Assembly (NCBI GenBank): GCA_963666975.2
Contig: CAXVYR010000004.1
Coordinates: 928,001-992,000, forward strand
Direction: 5' to 3'
Source: Terriglobia bacterium
GTDB taxonomy: Bacteria > Acidobacteriota > Terriglobia > 2-12-FULL-54-10
DNA: 64,000 bases
Shown: piece after piece, positions 1 through 9,049 of the stretch
Position numbering within the stretch: position 1 is the first letter of the stretch
Layout of the letters: every line of letters starts with the position of its first letter
Position numbers and translations under genes: made by a program
The notes under the pieces: model-generated
The model's database searches: none
What the model was told of the DNA's origin: nothing
What the model saw: only the letters and a program-made list of their open reading frames with translations

Positions 1-125
1 AAATCCAAGGTGGAGTTGAGGATTTTGCTGGCCTCCGCGATGGCCATCCAATGGGCCGGTTGTAATTGCGCGCTGCGCTGCATTTTGGGCCGGCTTGCCC
101 TGGCCGGAGAGGTGGAATGTGTCAT
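1..125 (-). CDS. 5' end of a probable GAF-domain signalling protein (runs off the window edge)
   Basis: Manual translation from ATG at 125: MTHSTSPARASRPKMQRSAQLQPAHWMAIAEASKILNSTLD. EASKILNSTLD resembles the helix entering a GAF domain. Confidence 0.5.
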   Translation of the reverse strand, partial: MTHSTSPARASRPKMQRSAQLQPAHWMAIAEASKILNSTLD

Positions 126-224
126 TTTTTCCTTTCCCAGCAGGATTAGCTCAAAATAGAACGAGGCCACCAGCGAGTCAACCAAAAAGGCGTGCAACCG
201 AAAGTCGTGTGTCCCGGAAAGGTA

Positions 225-461
225 TTAATCCGACGCCTTTGTCCCGTTAGCAATGTAATTCACGGAAGCCAGCAGGCGCGCTTCACGCTTGAACCGGGCC
301 AGTCGTTCCGGGTTTTGGGCGAAGGTATCTGGCAGGACTTTAATAGCCACCTCTCGGCCCAGTTTCGTATCACGGGCGGAGTACACCTCTCCCATAGCAC
401 CCGCACCTAGCGGGCTGCGAACCTCGTAAGAGCCAAGTCGGGCACCTGGGGATACGGGCGC
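225..461 (-). pseudogene. Hanks-type Ser/Thr protein kinase N-terminal fragment
   Basis: Manual translation ..RLGSYEVRSPLGAGAMGEVYSARDTKLGREVAIKVLPDTFAQNPERLARFKREARLLASVN.. shows the Gly-rich loop, VAIK and the alphaC Glu. There is no start codon and it is truncated. ORF 192..410 (+) is its antisense shadow. Confidence 0.85.
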
Positions 462-505
462 GGATTACCCCCGCCTAATTGAGAATAATGGGAAAGATTA
501 CACGA

Positions 506-1835
506 CATTGCTGTCCGGTTAAAACTCGAACAGAATCAACTGGTTGGGATTTCTGACTAAATCGTCTTGGGAGCCCGATGCTTCCAGGGCCTGTAAAATG
601 GGCACTTTCTCGAAAAGAGTAACACTGAGAATCTGTAAAATTTGGTAAAGGCTGGCTTCCAAAGCGAGACGCTTCCGGACAATGGCCACGAGTACATAGA
701 TCGAAACGGCGATCCAGATTTGAGTCTTCACTGCGTTTTGGCTGGTGCCATAGAATGCCTTGATTCGCAGGTGCTGCTTGATCCATTTGAAGAACAGTTC
801 CACCTGCCAGCGGCACTTGTAGATTTGAGCGATAGTGAGTGCGGGTAGCACGAAATTGTTGGTAAGAAACTTCAGGCGCTTGTTTGTTTCTGCATCGAAG
901 TACGTAACGCGCCGTAGCGGATCGGGGTATGCCCTGGCCGAGGCGTTCCCGGTCAGGATCACGGTATGATCGGATCGCAAGCCGCTGGTTCTGTCTGCTG
1001 GATGAGAATAGCGGCGTTGGAGCAAGACGTTCTCTTTCGTCCGCACGACGAAAAATGCGGAGCAGAGTGTGAAGACAAAGAGTCGCTCGAAGTCGATGTA
1101 GCCGCGATCCATCACGTAGAACGCGCCCGCTTCCGGAACGATCTCGTCGAGGATGTTGACATCGTGCACGGCACCGGCCGTGACGCGGAGAAACGTGGGG
1201 ATGTTGCCCTGCAGGTCCAGCAGCGTATGCAGTTTGACGGCAGCCTTGTGTTGGCGGAATCGTGCCCACGGAAACAGCGAGAGGCAGAGGTCGATGGTGG
1301 TGGAGTCCAGCGCGTACAGGCTCTGATCCAGATCGACGCCGATCGGATCGCGCGCATACAAAGGCCGTGCGATGCCGATCAACACCTGGGCGAAGTCCGC
1401 GTAGATGCGCCAGTCGTGCGACTCGTTGGCATCGGCCAGTGTCGAGCGCGCCACGTTGCCGCGCAATCCGATGTGGTAGAGTTTGCTGGTCATGGAACGC
1501 AGACACGCCTCGATGTCGCGGAGACTCTCGCGGTAAGTCAACTGAGCGAACGCCATCGCCAGAAACTGGTCCCAGCAAGAAAAGCTTCGCAGGTGATCGT
1601 CGCCACGGTAGCGCGTGACGCATTTGTGAAACTCGTACGAGGGCACGTGATCCATAAGCTGAGCGAAAACGGTGCGACCGATGTTCATGCACTATTCTGT
1701 CGCCTACCCCAGTCTTTACGTTCAAAGCCATTTTTCGCCCTCGCGGATTTCAAATCGAAAAATGCTCCAATGCCCGTAACCTTTTGCTCTCATGAGACTT
1801 GTTGGCTGTTCTGAAATTTTAGCCGGACAGCAGTG
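506..1835 (-). mobile_element. Complete IS4-family insertion sequence (1330 bp)
   Basis: Terminal IRs CATTGCTGTCCGGTTAAAA (506-524) and rc CACTGCTGTCCGGCTAAAA (1817-1835). A 9-bp target duplication ATTACACGA lies at 497-505 and 1836-1844. Confidence 0.93.
519..1688 (-). CDS. IS4-family DDE transposase (DUF4372-like N-terminus)
   Basis: 389 aa with LDST, MDRGY and YKCRWQVELFFKWIK (YREK signature). Confidence 0.95.
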   Translation of the reverse strand: MNIGRTVFAQLMDHVPSYEFHKCVTRYRGDDHLRSFSCWDQFLAMAFAQLTYRESLRDIEACLRSMTSKLYHIGLRGNVARSTLADANESHDWRIYADFAQVLIGIARPLYARDPIGVDLDQSLYALDSTTIDLCLSLFPWARFRQHKAAVKLHTLLDLQGNIPTFLRVTAGAVHDVNILDEIVPEAGAFYVMDRGYIDFERLFVFTLCSAFFVVRTKENVLLQRRYSHPADRTSGLRSDHTVILTGNASARAYPDPLRRVTYFDAETNKRLKFLTNNFVLPALTIAQIYKCRWQVELFFKWIKQHLRIKAFYGTSQNAVKTQIWIAVSIYVLVAIVRKRLALEASLYQILQILSVTLFEKVPILQALEASGSQDDLVRNPNQLILFEF

Positions 1836-1905
1836 ATTACACGAGAGGAGAGGGGAAAGCAATGTTATAGGGGGTTTCCTTGGCCTGTAGCCTTCTCCCG
1901 TCAAC

Positions 1906-1979
1906 GAAACCGGTTTCGTAACCCCAGGCTGTTACGCAACCCCTCCTCACTGGCACTGATACAAAAATCGATCAGGTCA
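1906..1979 (-). repeat. ~75-bp conserved site, copy 1 (inverted)
   Basis: rc TGACCTGATCGATTTTTGTATCA..GTTGCGTAACAGCCTGGGGTTACGAAACCGGTTTC aligns with 2691-2763 and 9050-9133. Confidence 0.8.
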
Positions 1980-2052
1980 ACCTCACCCCTCGGTACGACG
2001 GTGCTATACGAGGCCAAAGTCGTGATAGAGTTAGTCACATTGGAAGTGAACT

Positions 2053-2563
2053 ATGATATCCCACCTGAGTTTGGTTACCCTTTTCTGCCTTATTCTCGCC
2101 GTCACCAGTTGTGGCCCAGCGACAGAGCAGGCGAGACCTGCATCGGCGGCCACCACTGAAGCGGACGTGGCGGCTATCAACCGGGTGCAAGACGAACATG
2201 TGAACGCGTTGAACGCCAGCGATGCAGCAGCTTATGCAGCTCTCCTGACTGGGGACGCTGTATTCTTGTGGCCCAAATCGTCCGGCAGTTATTGGGCGGG
2301 AGGCAATTAAGGCTGATCGGCAGGCGGCCTTCGATCAGAACATGATGAATATCACGAGGTCCTCTGAGGAGGTCGTAGTGGCTGGTGACTGGTCCTTCGT
2401 TCGCTATACCTACACCGGCATGGCGACATCGAAGGCTGACGGCGAGCCGACCCACATTAACGGCAAAGGCATTAGCATCCTACAACGACAGCCCGATGGT
2501 TCCTGGAAGATCGCCCGCAGCATCTTGAACGGCAACTTTCCACCTCCAGGCACGGGCCAGTGA
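2053..2563 (+). pseudogene. Frameshifted SnoaL/DUF4440 (YybH-like) lipoprotein
   Basis: ORFs 2053..2310 and 2342..2563 join if one base is removed near CCCAAAT (~2272-2278): ..LWPNRPAVIGREAIKADRQAAFDQN... It has a lipobox LAVTSC and C-terminal RQPDGSWKI. Confidence 0.8.
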
Positions 2564-2690
2564 GAAGTGCCCTCCCACCCCACCTTTGCCCGCTTCACGG
2601 TTTTTGGAAAATTTGGCGGGGAGAGAAATAGACACCGTAACCGAAACCGCCCCTACCCCGTTCCGCGCCCACTTCGGCCTCTTGCAGGTG

Positions 2691-2763
2691 TGACCAGACC
2701 GATATTTTGTACCACTACTAGTGAGAGAGTTATATCACAGCCTGGAGCTGTGAAACCGTTTTC
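2691..2763 (+). repeat. ~75-bp conserved site, copy 2
   Basis: TGACCAGACCGATATTTTGTACCA..GTTATATCACAGCCTGGAGCTGTGAAACCGTTTTC. Confidence 0.8.
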
Positions 2764-3146
2764 GGGGTACCGGATGCGGTGGGATGGTCTGCTCTGGAGC
2801 GGAGAGCGCGGCAATTGTACAGGGAGGTCAGGTCGTGGGTCCCATCTGAGGGGAGTTGGGTGTGTGCGGGCCAAAAAATATTTACAGATGGTGCATGTCA
2901 CTGGATTGCGGTAGGAGCAGTAGCGTCAGCCCGGTCTTCATGATGGCGTGTTTCATTCAGCTTTGTGGGCGCTAATGTCTTTTCACTACCTCTCAATTGG
3001 TCCCGGATGGTGTGCTGACCAGACGCGATGGTGCAAGTCGTTGACCCACACACAGGCCCGTGGTAGCCTTTCCCGTAGGCTGGGCGGAAACGCCCGGAAA
3101 CACTGCCTGCCCTAAAACAACCCTGTGCGAGGAAGGAGGCCGTCTC

Positions 3147-4172
3147 ATGTATTCCTTACGTCATGCTGCAATGGTCAGACAAGCGGTGGCGGTGGCTCTC
3201 ATAGTGGGCATCCCCGTTGCCTTGGTGCTTTCGAGCGCTTCGTCGGCGCTCTCTGGCTCAATGGTCGCCGAAGAGTATCGGGCAGCTCCCGGAGTTCGCC
3301 TGCACGACGCCGTGCCGGATGGCAATGGCTGGGTCTGGTACACCGCTCGATCTCCCAACGGCGGGTCGGTAGGCGGCATCAACCCTGCCACGGGTGAGAA
3401 CGTGCTGGTGCCGCTGGGCGAGGGATCCTCACCGCACGGAGTCATCATGGGGCCTGATGGCGGCGTGTGGGTCACCGACTCGGGTCTCAACGCGATTGTG
3501 CGCGTGGATCCGGCGACGCGGGAGACGACCTTCTACAAAGTTCCCGGCCCAGTCGTGAATCTGAACACAGCAACCTTCGACAACCAGGGCATCCACTGGT
3601 TTACCGGCGCTGCGGGCTACATCGGACGCCTCGATCCGGCGACAGGAGAGATGCAGGTGTTCGACGCTCCCCGTGGTCGAGGCCCCTACGGGATAGCCAC
3701 CGCGCCGGATGGCACGGTCTACTATGCGTCGCTGGCCGGAGGCTACTTAGGAAGGGTCGACGGTGACGATGGTGCCATCACCGTGCTCGACCCGCCGACC
3801 CCGAACTCCGGGGTGAGGCGAGTCTGGGTGGACTCGAAGGGGAAGGTCTGGGTCTCGCAATACAACGCTGGCCAACTGGCGCGCTACGATTCCGAGACGA
3901 GTGCGTGGACCGAGTGGCGGCTCCCCGGCGAGCAGCCGCGGCCCTACGGTATATATGTGGATAGCCGTGATCATGTCTGGCTGAGCGACCACGCCTTGGG
4001 CTCGCGGGCGGGGGGCGGCAACGACACGCTCGTGCACTTCGACCCGAATACCGAGACCTTCACCACTGTGACCAGCGCCGCGCCGCTGCGAGTCGCCCAG
4101 TTGGGTGGCATCCCGGGAGAGGTCTGGGGCGCCGACCGCAATCGCGGGTACGTGGTCGTCGTGCGCTATTGA
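3147..4172 (+). CDS. Virginiamycin B lyase (Vgb)-family beta-propeller protein, probably exported
   Basis: Repeated blades (PHGVIMGPDGGVWVTD, GPYGIATAPDG, RRVWVDSKGKVW), a hydrophobic N-terminus and a GGAGG RBS before ATG 3147. Confidence 0.8.
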   Translation: MYSLRHAAMVRQAVAVALIVGIPVALVLSSASSALSGSMVAEEYRAAPGVRLHDAVPDGNGWVWYTARSPNGGSVGGINPATGENVLVPLGEGSSPHGVIMGPDGGVWVTDSGLNAIVRVDPATRETTFYKVPGPVVNLNTATFDNQGIHWFTGAAGYIGRLDPATGEMQVFDAPRGRGPYGIATAPDGTVYYASLAGGYLGRVDGDDGAITVLDPPTPNSGVRRVWVDSKGKVWVSQYNAGQLARYDSETSAWTEWRLPGEQPRPYGIYVDSRDHVWLSDHALGSRAGGGNDTLVHFDPNTETFTTVTSAAPLRVAQLGGIPGEVWGADRNRGYVVVVRY

Positions 4173-4236
4173 CCGGTGTGCGGATAACGTTGTCGGGCGC
4201 ATGTGCCATTCCAGAACGGATTCGAAACCAAGGACC

Positions 4237-4402
4237 CGTCCGCCGGTCTTCACTAACCGCTGCTGCAGGCTCGTCAGCGAACAGTTCCCTATTCTCTGTG
4301 GCAATACAAGTCGCCGCCATAGGTTGCCGAGATTATAGGCAATGATGGTCAGCCACAGCCTCACCTCGTTCGGTCGGAACCTGTGACAACTGCACCGGGT
4401 CA
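4237..4402 (-). pseudogene. IS1380 transposase C-terminal fragment
   Basis: TRCSCHRFRPNEVRLWLTIIAYNLGNLWRRLVLPQRIGNCSLTSLQQRLVKTGGR is nearly identical to the end of the 6317..7645 protein. Confidence 0.9.
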
Positions 4403-4620
4403 CCGGTATCCCTAGCAACACCGTCACCATCGCCGTGCAGTAACTCCTAGTTCCCATCCGTCCGAGCTGAAACCCACAAGACCTCTGCCGCCTCTGTGGT
4501 GCTATTCGACAAGGACAAGAATGTGCTCTGGAAGGCTCCGTGACTAACGCCCGTGCTGCCAAAAAGCGTGCCATCAGAAGCAATTCAAGTAGGATTCTAC
4601 AAGTTCAAAGGAGGACGATC

Positions 4621-4827
4621 ATGGACCCTGTTTTCAAGAAGAGTGAGGTCGTTGGCACCTCTGCAAAGAGTTTTGCTGATGCCACCAACAACGCTGTGGC
4701 GAGGGCGGCCCGAACAGTCCGCAATATGAGCTGGTTTGAAGTGGTGGAGATGCGAGGCTCGATTAAAGACGGTAAGGTGAATCAGTTCCAGGTCACAGTG
4801 AAAATAGGCTTCCACTTGGATGACTAA
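4621..4827 (+). CDS. Dodecin family protein
   Basis: 68 aa, KKSEVVGTS..WFEVVEMRG..FQVTVKIGF; AGGAGG RBS. Confidence 0.9.
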   Translation: MDPVFKKSEVVGTSAKSFADATNNAVARAARTVRNMSWFEVVEMRGSIKDGKVNQFQVTVKIGFHLDD

Positions 4828-4968
4828 GAATCGGGAAGATCCCGTGATGCTGAGATGAACAAAGGCCGGGACCCCTCCAGTTGAGCCAAGCTGCACTGAA
4901 CGCCTTCGATCAGACGCTCAAACAACAGGCGCTGATTGAGGGCTAACGAGCATCACGATAACTACACG

Positions 4969-5145
4969 GTGGAACATTTCTTTACCTGCCCGTACTGCGG
5001 AGAAACCATCTCAATGGTGCTGGACACGTCCGTGCGAAGGCAAACCTACGTATAGGATTGCGAGGTTTGCTGCCAGCCTATCGAGATTCGGTACGGCGTG
5101 AATCAGGGAAAGCTTGCTCACTTTGCGGCTCGGGTTCTCGGATGA
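4969..5145 (+). pseudogene. CPXCG-motif cysteine-rich protein with in-frame TAG
   Basis: MEHFFTCPYCGETISMVLDTSVRRQTYV*DCEVCCQPIEI...; TAG at 5053-5055 falls where the family has Glu (EDCxVCC). Confidence 0.8.
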
Positions 5146-5156
5146 CGAATAGATCG

Positions 5157-5191
5157 GGAAAAGATTACACGACGGGAGAGAGGAAAGCAAT
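5157..5191 (-). promoter_or_regulatory. Putative sigma70 promoter; second copy of the sequence targeted by the IS4
   Basis: On the minus strand TTGCTT-17 nt-TAATCT. Near-identical to the reconstructed empty IS4 site (491-505 + 1845-1863). Confidence 0.55.
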
Positions 5192-5275
5192 TGGTTCAGG
5201 CAGGTCCTAGCGGTGACGGTTAGGCATTGTCCAAGGGGTCAGCCGGTCGGCGAGAATGGCCGTCTCCGCAGACCC

Positions 5276-5383
5276 TGTAGTGGGTGTAGTGACTTGTGAG
5301 GGGGTATGAGAGGAAAAGGGGGAGAGGAGTTGGCCTGAGTCCTCCTCATATACCCCCCCTATATACCCACTACAGTCACTACA
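5276..5383. repeat. Imperfect palindrome with two inverted pairs of CACTACA repeats (iteron/origin-like)
   Basis: TGTAGTGGGTGTAGTGAC (5276-5293) ... CCCACTACAGTCACTACA (5366-5383), with complementary purine and pyrimidine tracts between them. Confidence 0.7.
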
Positions 5384-5503
5384 AACACGTAATCGGTTGA
5401 GAGGTGCTCGGCCCGCAGCTTGATTTCTGCACAGCGGTTCTGCATCTCAAATCGGACATTCGGGGTATACTCTTCGAATTAGAAAAAGAGAGGCCAAGCA
5501 TCT

Positions 5504-5813
5504 GTGAAAAAGCGCGAGCATGAGCGTGTTCCTTTAGGCGTGCCGGTACTATGCCAGTCGGGGCCAGACGAAGGTCGAAGGCATGGCCGAAAATGTGAGT
5601 GTTGGCGGACTTTTCTTAGTCCGGGCGGTGAAGACATTCCCAGTAAATCAGAAGATTATCGTGGAATTCGCAATCCACGGTTCTAAACAAGCTCTCGAAG
5701 CACAAGTGGTTCACGAGGTGCCAGATTTGTTTATGGGTGTGGAATTTCTGAATCTTCCGCCGAAATCGAAGGAACTGATTGAGCTGCACGTCGCCACACA
5801 ATCTATCCCCTGA
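5504..5813 (+). pseudogene. Frameshifted PilZ-domain protein
   Basis: RxxxR (REHER) is in ORF 5504 and NxSxxG (NVSVGG) plus MGVEF are in ORF 5583. The frame changes near 5560. Confidence 0.75.
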
Positions 5814-6193
5814 GAAAGATTTGTTCTTGTCTGAGCGGCGGCGAGAGCTGGGCTATGTGCCGATAGGACTGGCCACTTGCTTTTGGGCCTTCCGGGCTCA
5901 TCCAGAGAACGCAGTAGCTTCGCCAATCCCACGGTTCTAAACAAGCTTCAAAGAACAACATGGCCCACGAGTCCGATTGAACACGAATCTTCCACCGAAA
6001 TCCTGATTGAGCTGCACGTCGCCAACAATCTATCCCCTGAGAAAGATTTGGACTTGTCTGAGCGGCGGCGAGAGCTGGGCTATGTGCCGATAGGACTGGC
6101 CATGCTTTTGGGCCTTCTCATCCAGAGAACGCAGTAGCTTCGCCAATCCCACGGTCCTTCAAAGAACAACATAGCCCACGACGATTGAACACG
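5776..6193 (+). repeat. Tandem duplication (~227-bp period) with small indels
   Basis: CTGATTGAGCTGCACGTCGCC...CGATTGAACACG starts at 5776 and again at 6003. Confidence 0.9.
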
Positions 6194-6210
6194 CACCAAA
6201 TTCCGCTGAC

Positions 6211-7870
6211 CCCGCATTTCCAGTTTGAAACTGTAGAAGCAACCTTCGACTAGCCTCCAACATCAATATTGATGCTGGTTTCAGCATCAACATTGGCGTG
6301 CGGAGGTATACACCGAATGGGTGAGAGACAAAATCAGCCATTTCAACTCACTTTTAATGCCTCGTTGAAGGTCGCTTTCCACGGATCGAGGGTCACCTCC
6401 AACGGAGGGTTGATTCTGGTGCGGGAGTTGGACGAACGATTGGGATTCGGTGAACTCATCAAGCAGCACCTAGCCGATCCTCGGGGGAAGAACACACGGT
6501 TGCCCCTCGCGGACCTGCTACGGCAGTCGGTGTACAGTCGCTTGGCTGGATACGAGGATGTGAACGATGCCGAGCAACTCTCACGAGATCCGACCTTCCG
6601 GCTGATCGGTTCCGAGAAGAATTGGGATCGAGGGGCAGCACTGCCATCCCGGTTGCAAACCTTCGAGACGGAGTTGCTGGCTGAGGAGGAAAACTTCGCA
6701 GGGCTGGCACGGCTGAACCGGGAACTGATCGGCAGGGCAGAAGCAATCGATTCGCCGTACCGGGTAGTGCTCGACATGGACTCGACTGAGATCCCGGTCT
6801 ACGGGGAGCAGGAGCAAAGCGCCTACAACGGGCACTTCGAGTCCACCTGTTATCATCCGGTGCTTCTGTTCAATGGAGGCGGCGATTGTCTAGCGGCCAA
6901 GCTCCGTGCCGGCAACGTCCATAGTGCCGAAGGCTGGGAAGAACTTCTGTTGCCGGAGATCGAACGCCAGCAGTTGATGGGGAAAGAAGTCGTGTTTCGG
7001 GCTGACGCGGCCTTTGCCAAGCCGGAGGTTTACGAAGCGTTGGAGGAGCGGGGTGTGAAGTATGCCATCCGCATCCCTTCCAACGAGAACCTCCAGCGGG
7101 ACATCGAGGAGTTGCTGAAACTTCCGGTAGGAAGGCCGGGCCAGAAGCCGTTGGTGGAGTACAAGGGGTTTCTGTACCAAGCCGAGAGTTGGAAGACGGC
7201 CCGACGGGTGGTAGCCAAGGTAGAACATCATCCGGGGGAGTTGTTCCCGCGAGTGGGGTTCATTGTCACGAATCTGCCCCTTCCGAGTCGGGCGGTGGTG
7301 CGTTTCTATAATAAGCGAGGGACAGCAGAGCAGTGGATTAAGGAAGGCAAGCAGGCGGTGAAGATGACGCGGCTCAGTTGCCATCGGTTCCGCTCCAACG
7401 AGGTACGGCTGTGGCTGACCATCATTGCCTATAATCTGGGAAATCTTTGGCGGCGGCTGGTGCTGCCACAGAGAATCGGGAACTGGTCCCTGACGAGCTT
7501 GCAGCAGCGGTTGGTGAAAACCGGAGGACGCCTGATTAAGCATGCCCGCTACTATTGGCTATTGCTGGCAGAGAGCCATCTGACGAGACGTTTATTTGCT
7601 AGCATGCTGGGGCGAATAGATGGGCTGTCGCTTCCGTCGGGATAGCCTAGCCTGCGGCGCACCCAAGAAAATGATTCCGATATCCCCCAGGCATGGAGAG
7701 GTGTCTGCAAAAGCTGGTTCTGGAAGCCGAGGCGATGGGTTTTGGGGACTCGGAAAGAGCGGCTGGAAGCCGCTGGCAGTATCTCGGAGAAAATATTTGT
7801 CTGGAAGGGCTCAATTGAAGGCCAACGGATGTATGCTCACGAGTCGGATGGGCCAAAAAACTAATTCCGG
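6211..7870 (+). mobile_element. Complete IS1380-family insertion sequence
   Basis: Imperfect ends CCCGCATTTCCAGTTTG / rc CCGGAATTAGTTTTTTG. A 5-bp target duplication CTGAC lies at 6206-6210 and 7871-7875. Confidence 0.85.
6317..7645 (+). CDS. IS1380-family transposase (DDE_Tnp_1_4)
   Basis: VTSNGG, GYEDVND, LDMDST, FRADAAF and YNKRGTAEQWIKEGK motifs; GGAGG RBS before ATG 6317. Confidence 0.95.
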   Translation: MGERQNQPFQLTFNASLKVAFHGSRVTSNGGLILVRELDERLGFGELIKQHLADPRGKNTRLPLADLLRQSVYSRLAGYEDVNDAEQLSRDPTFRLIGSEKNWDRGAALPSRLQTFETELLAEEENFAGLARLNRELIGRAEAIDSPYRVVLDMDSTEIPVYGEQEQSAYNGHFESTCYHPVLLFNGGGDCLAAKLRAGNVHSAEGWEELLLPEIERQQLMGKEVVFRADAAFAKPEVYEALEERGVKYAIRIPSNENLQRDIEELLKLPVGRPGQKPLVEYKGFLYQAESWKTARRVVAKVEHHPGELFPRVGFIVTNLPLPSRAVVRFYNKRGTAEQWIKEGKQAVKMTRLSCHRFRSNEVRLWLTIIAYNLGNLWRRLVLPQRIGNWSLTSLQQRLVKTGGRLIKHARYYWLLLAESHLTRRLFASMLGRIDGLSLPSG

Positions 7871-8076
7871 CTGACTATGAACACTTCCAGGTGGCTCTGA
7901 ACCGAGAAACGGACTGCAATCTCCTCTCCTTCAAGAGGCTTGACTTTGCTGCGAATGCAAGCTCCACCCCTCGAAATATCGATCAGTTCGCCGGTAGTTT
8001 CCATTGACTCCGCTCGGAACAGTGTTCTACCGGCCACAGAGAAACGCTGGTAACAACCGCTCGTGACAGACACATT
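7871..8076 (-). pseudogene. PilZ-domain gene interrupted by IS1380 (3' part continues left of 6210)
   Basis: GELIDISRGGACI (DxSxxG). Beyond the TSD a shifted frame resumes as ..LVRVQSSWAMLFF.. Confidence 0.65.
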
Positions 8077-8261
8077 GACACCTCAATTGGGATTTCTTGC
8101 CCCAATATCGCACTGTTACTGGAGAACGGGATTAACCGTGGAGTTATGCTCGATAAACCAAGCAGGGTAAGAAGCACAGCAGGAGGTTAGATAATGGCCC
8201 TAGCTGTTCCGCCTGTGCGCTATATTGGCTGTCTTCCAGGTGGTGGTGTTCCTGATTGAGG

Positions 8262-8330
8262 TGGAAGGGCTCAGTTGGAGGGTGAGGGGTGTATACTCGC
8301 GAGTCGGAAGGACCAAAAAACTAATTCCAG
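8262..8330 (+). repeat. Orphan copy of the IS1380 right end
   Basis: TGGAAGGGCTCA..GAGTCGGA..CCAAAAAACTAATTCCAG matches 7802-7870. Confidence 0.8.
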
Positions 8331-8395
8331 TTTAGACGATCCACAAGAGGCAGCTCCAGGAAACTTTAAGTCTCTGGACCTTATTCAACGCCGCC

Positions 8396-9034
8396 ATGAT
8401 CGCAGACGTACTGACCCTCCTCAGCTCCTACATCATTGCTGTGATTTCCATCCTGGGATACCCAGGCATCGTTTTATTGATGACCATCGAAAGCGCCTGC
8501 ACTCCTCTGCCCTCGGAGGTCATCCTGCTCTTTTCCGGATACCTGGTGTGGACAGGAGATTTCAACATATGGTGGGTAGCTACGATGGGCACGTTGGGAT
8601 GTAACCTCGGCTCCATCGTTGGTTACTATCTGGGAGCCTACGGCGGACGGCCATTCCTAATGCGTTATGGAAAATATTTTTTGGTTTCCGGTCGGGAGGT
8701 TGAGATAGCTGACCGGTGGTTTGAACGGCACGGCCAATGGACGGTCTTTTTCAGCCGTCTGCTGCCTATAATCAGGACTTTCATTTCCTTCCCGGCCGGT
8801 GTGGCCCGGATGGATTTCTGGAAGTTTAACGTATATACCTTCCTGGGGTCTTTCCCTTGGTGCTTTGGGCTGGCCTATGCCGGCTACAAAATGGGTGCAC
8901 ATTGGCAAACGTTGCAAGTTTACTTCCACCGATTTGATTACATCATTGGGACTTTTCTGGCGATTGGGGTGATTGCCTACATTTGGGTGTACTGGAAACA
9001 GCGAACCCGGGAAGAAAAGGGAATCCTTGCTTAA
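8396..9034 (+). CDS. DedA family membrane protein
   Basis: IESACTPLPSEVIL and FSRLLPIIRTFISFPAG motifs. Confidence 0.93.
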   Translation: MIADVLTLLSSYIIAVISILGYPGIVLLMTIESACTPLPSEVILLFSGYLVWTGDFNIWWVATMGTLGCNLGSIVGYYLGAYGGRPFLMRYGKYFLVSGREVEIADRWFERHGQWTVFFSRLLPIIRTFISFPAGVARMDFWKFNVYTFLGSFPWCFGLAYAGYKMGAHWQTLQVYFHRFDYIIGTFLAIGVIAYIWVYWKQRTREEKGILA

Positions 9035-9049
9035 TAGATTAAGGGGGCC

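Noticed and set aside
2837-2887. GGGTCCCATC...AAAAAATATTT as a phage packaging-site relic
   Set aside because: Only a vague resemblance, and no terminase or HNH gene supports it.
5053-5055. Stop-codon recoding (pyrrolysine or alternative genetic code)
   Set aside because: TAG terminates normal genes here (e.g. nusA, infB, rbfA) and no pyl genes are seen.
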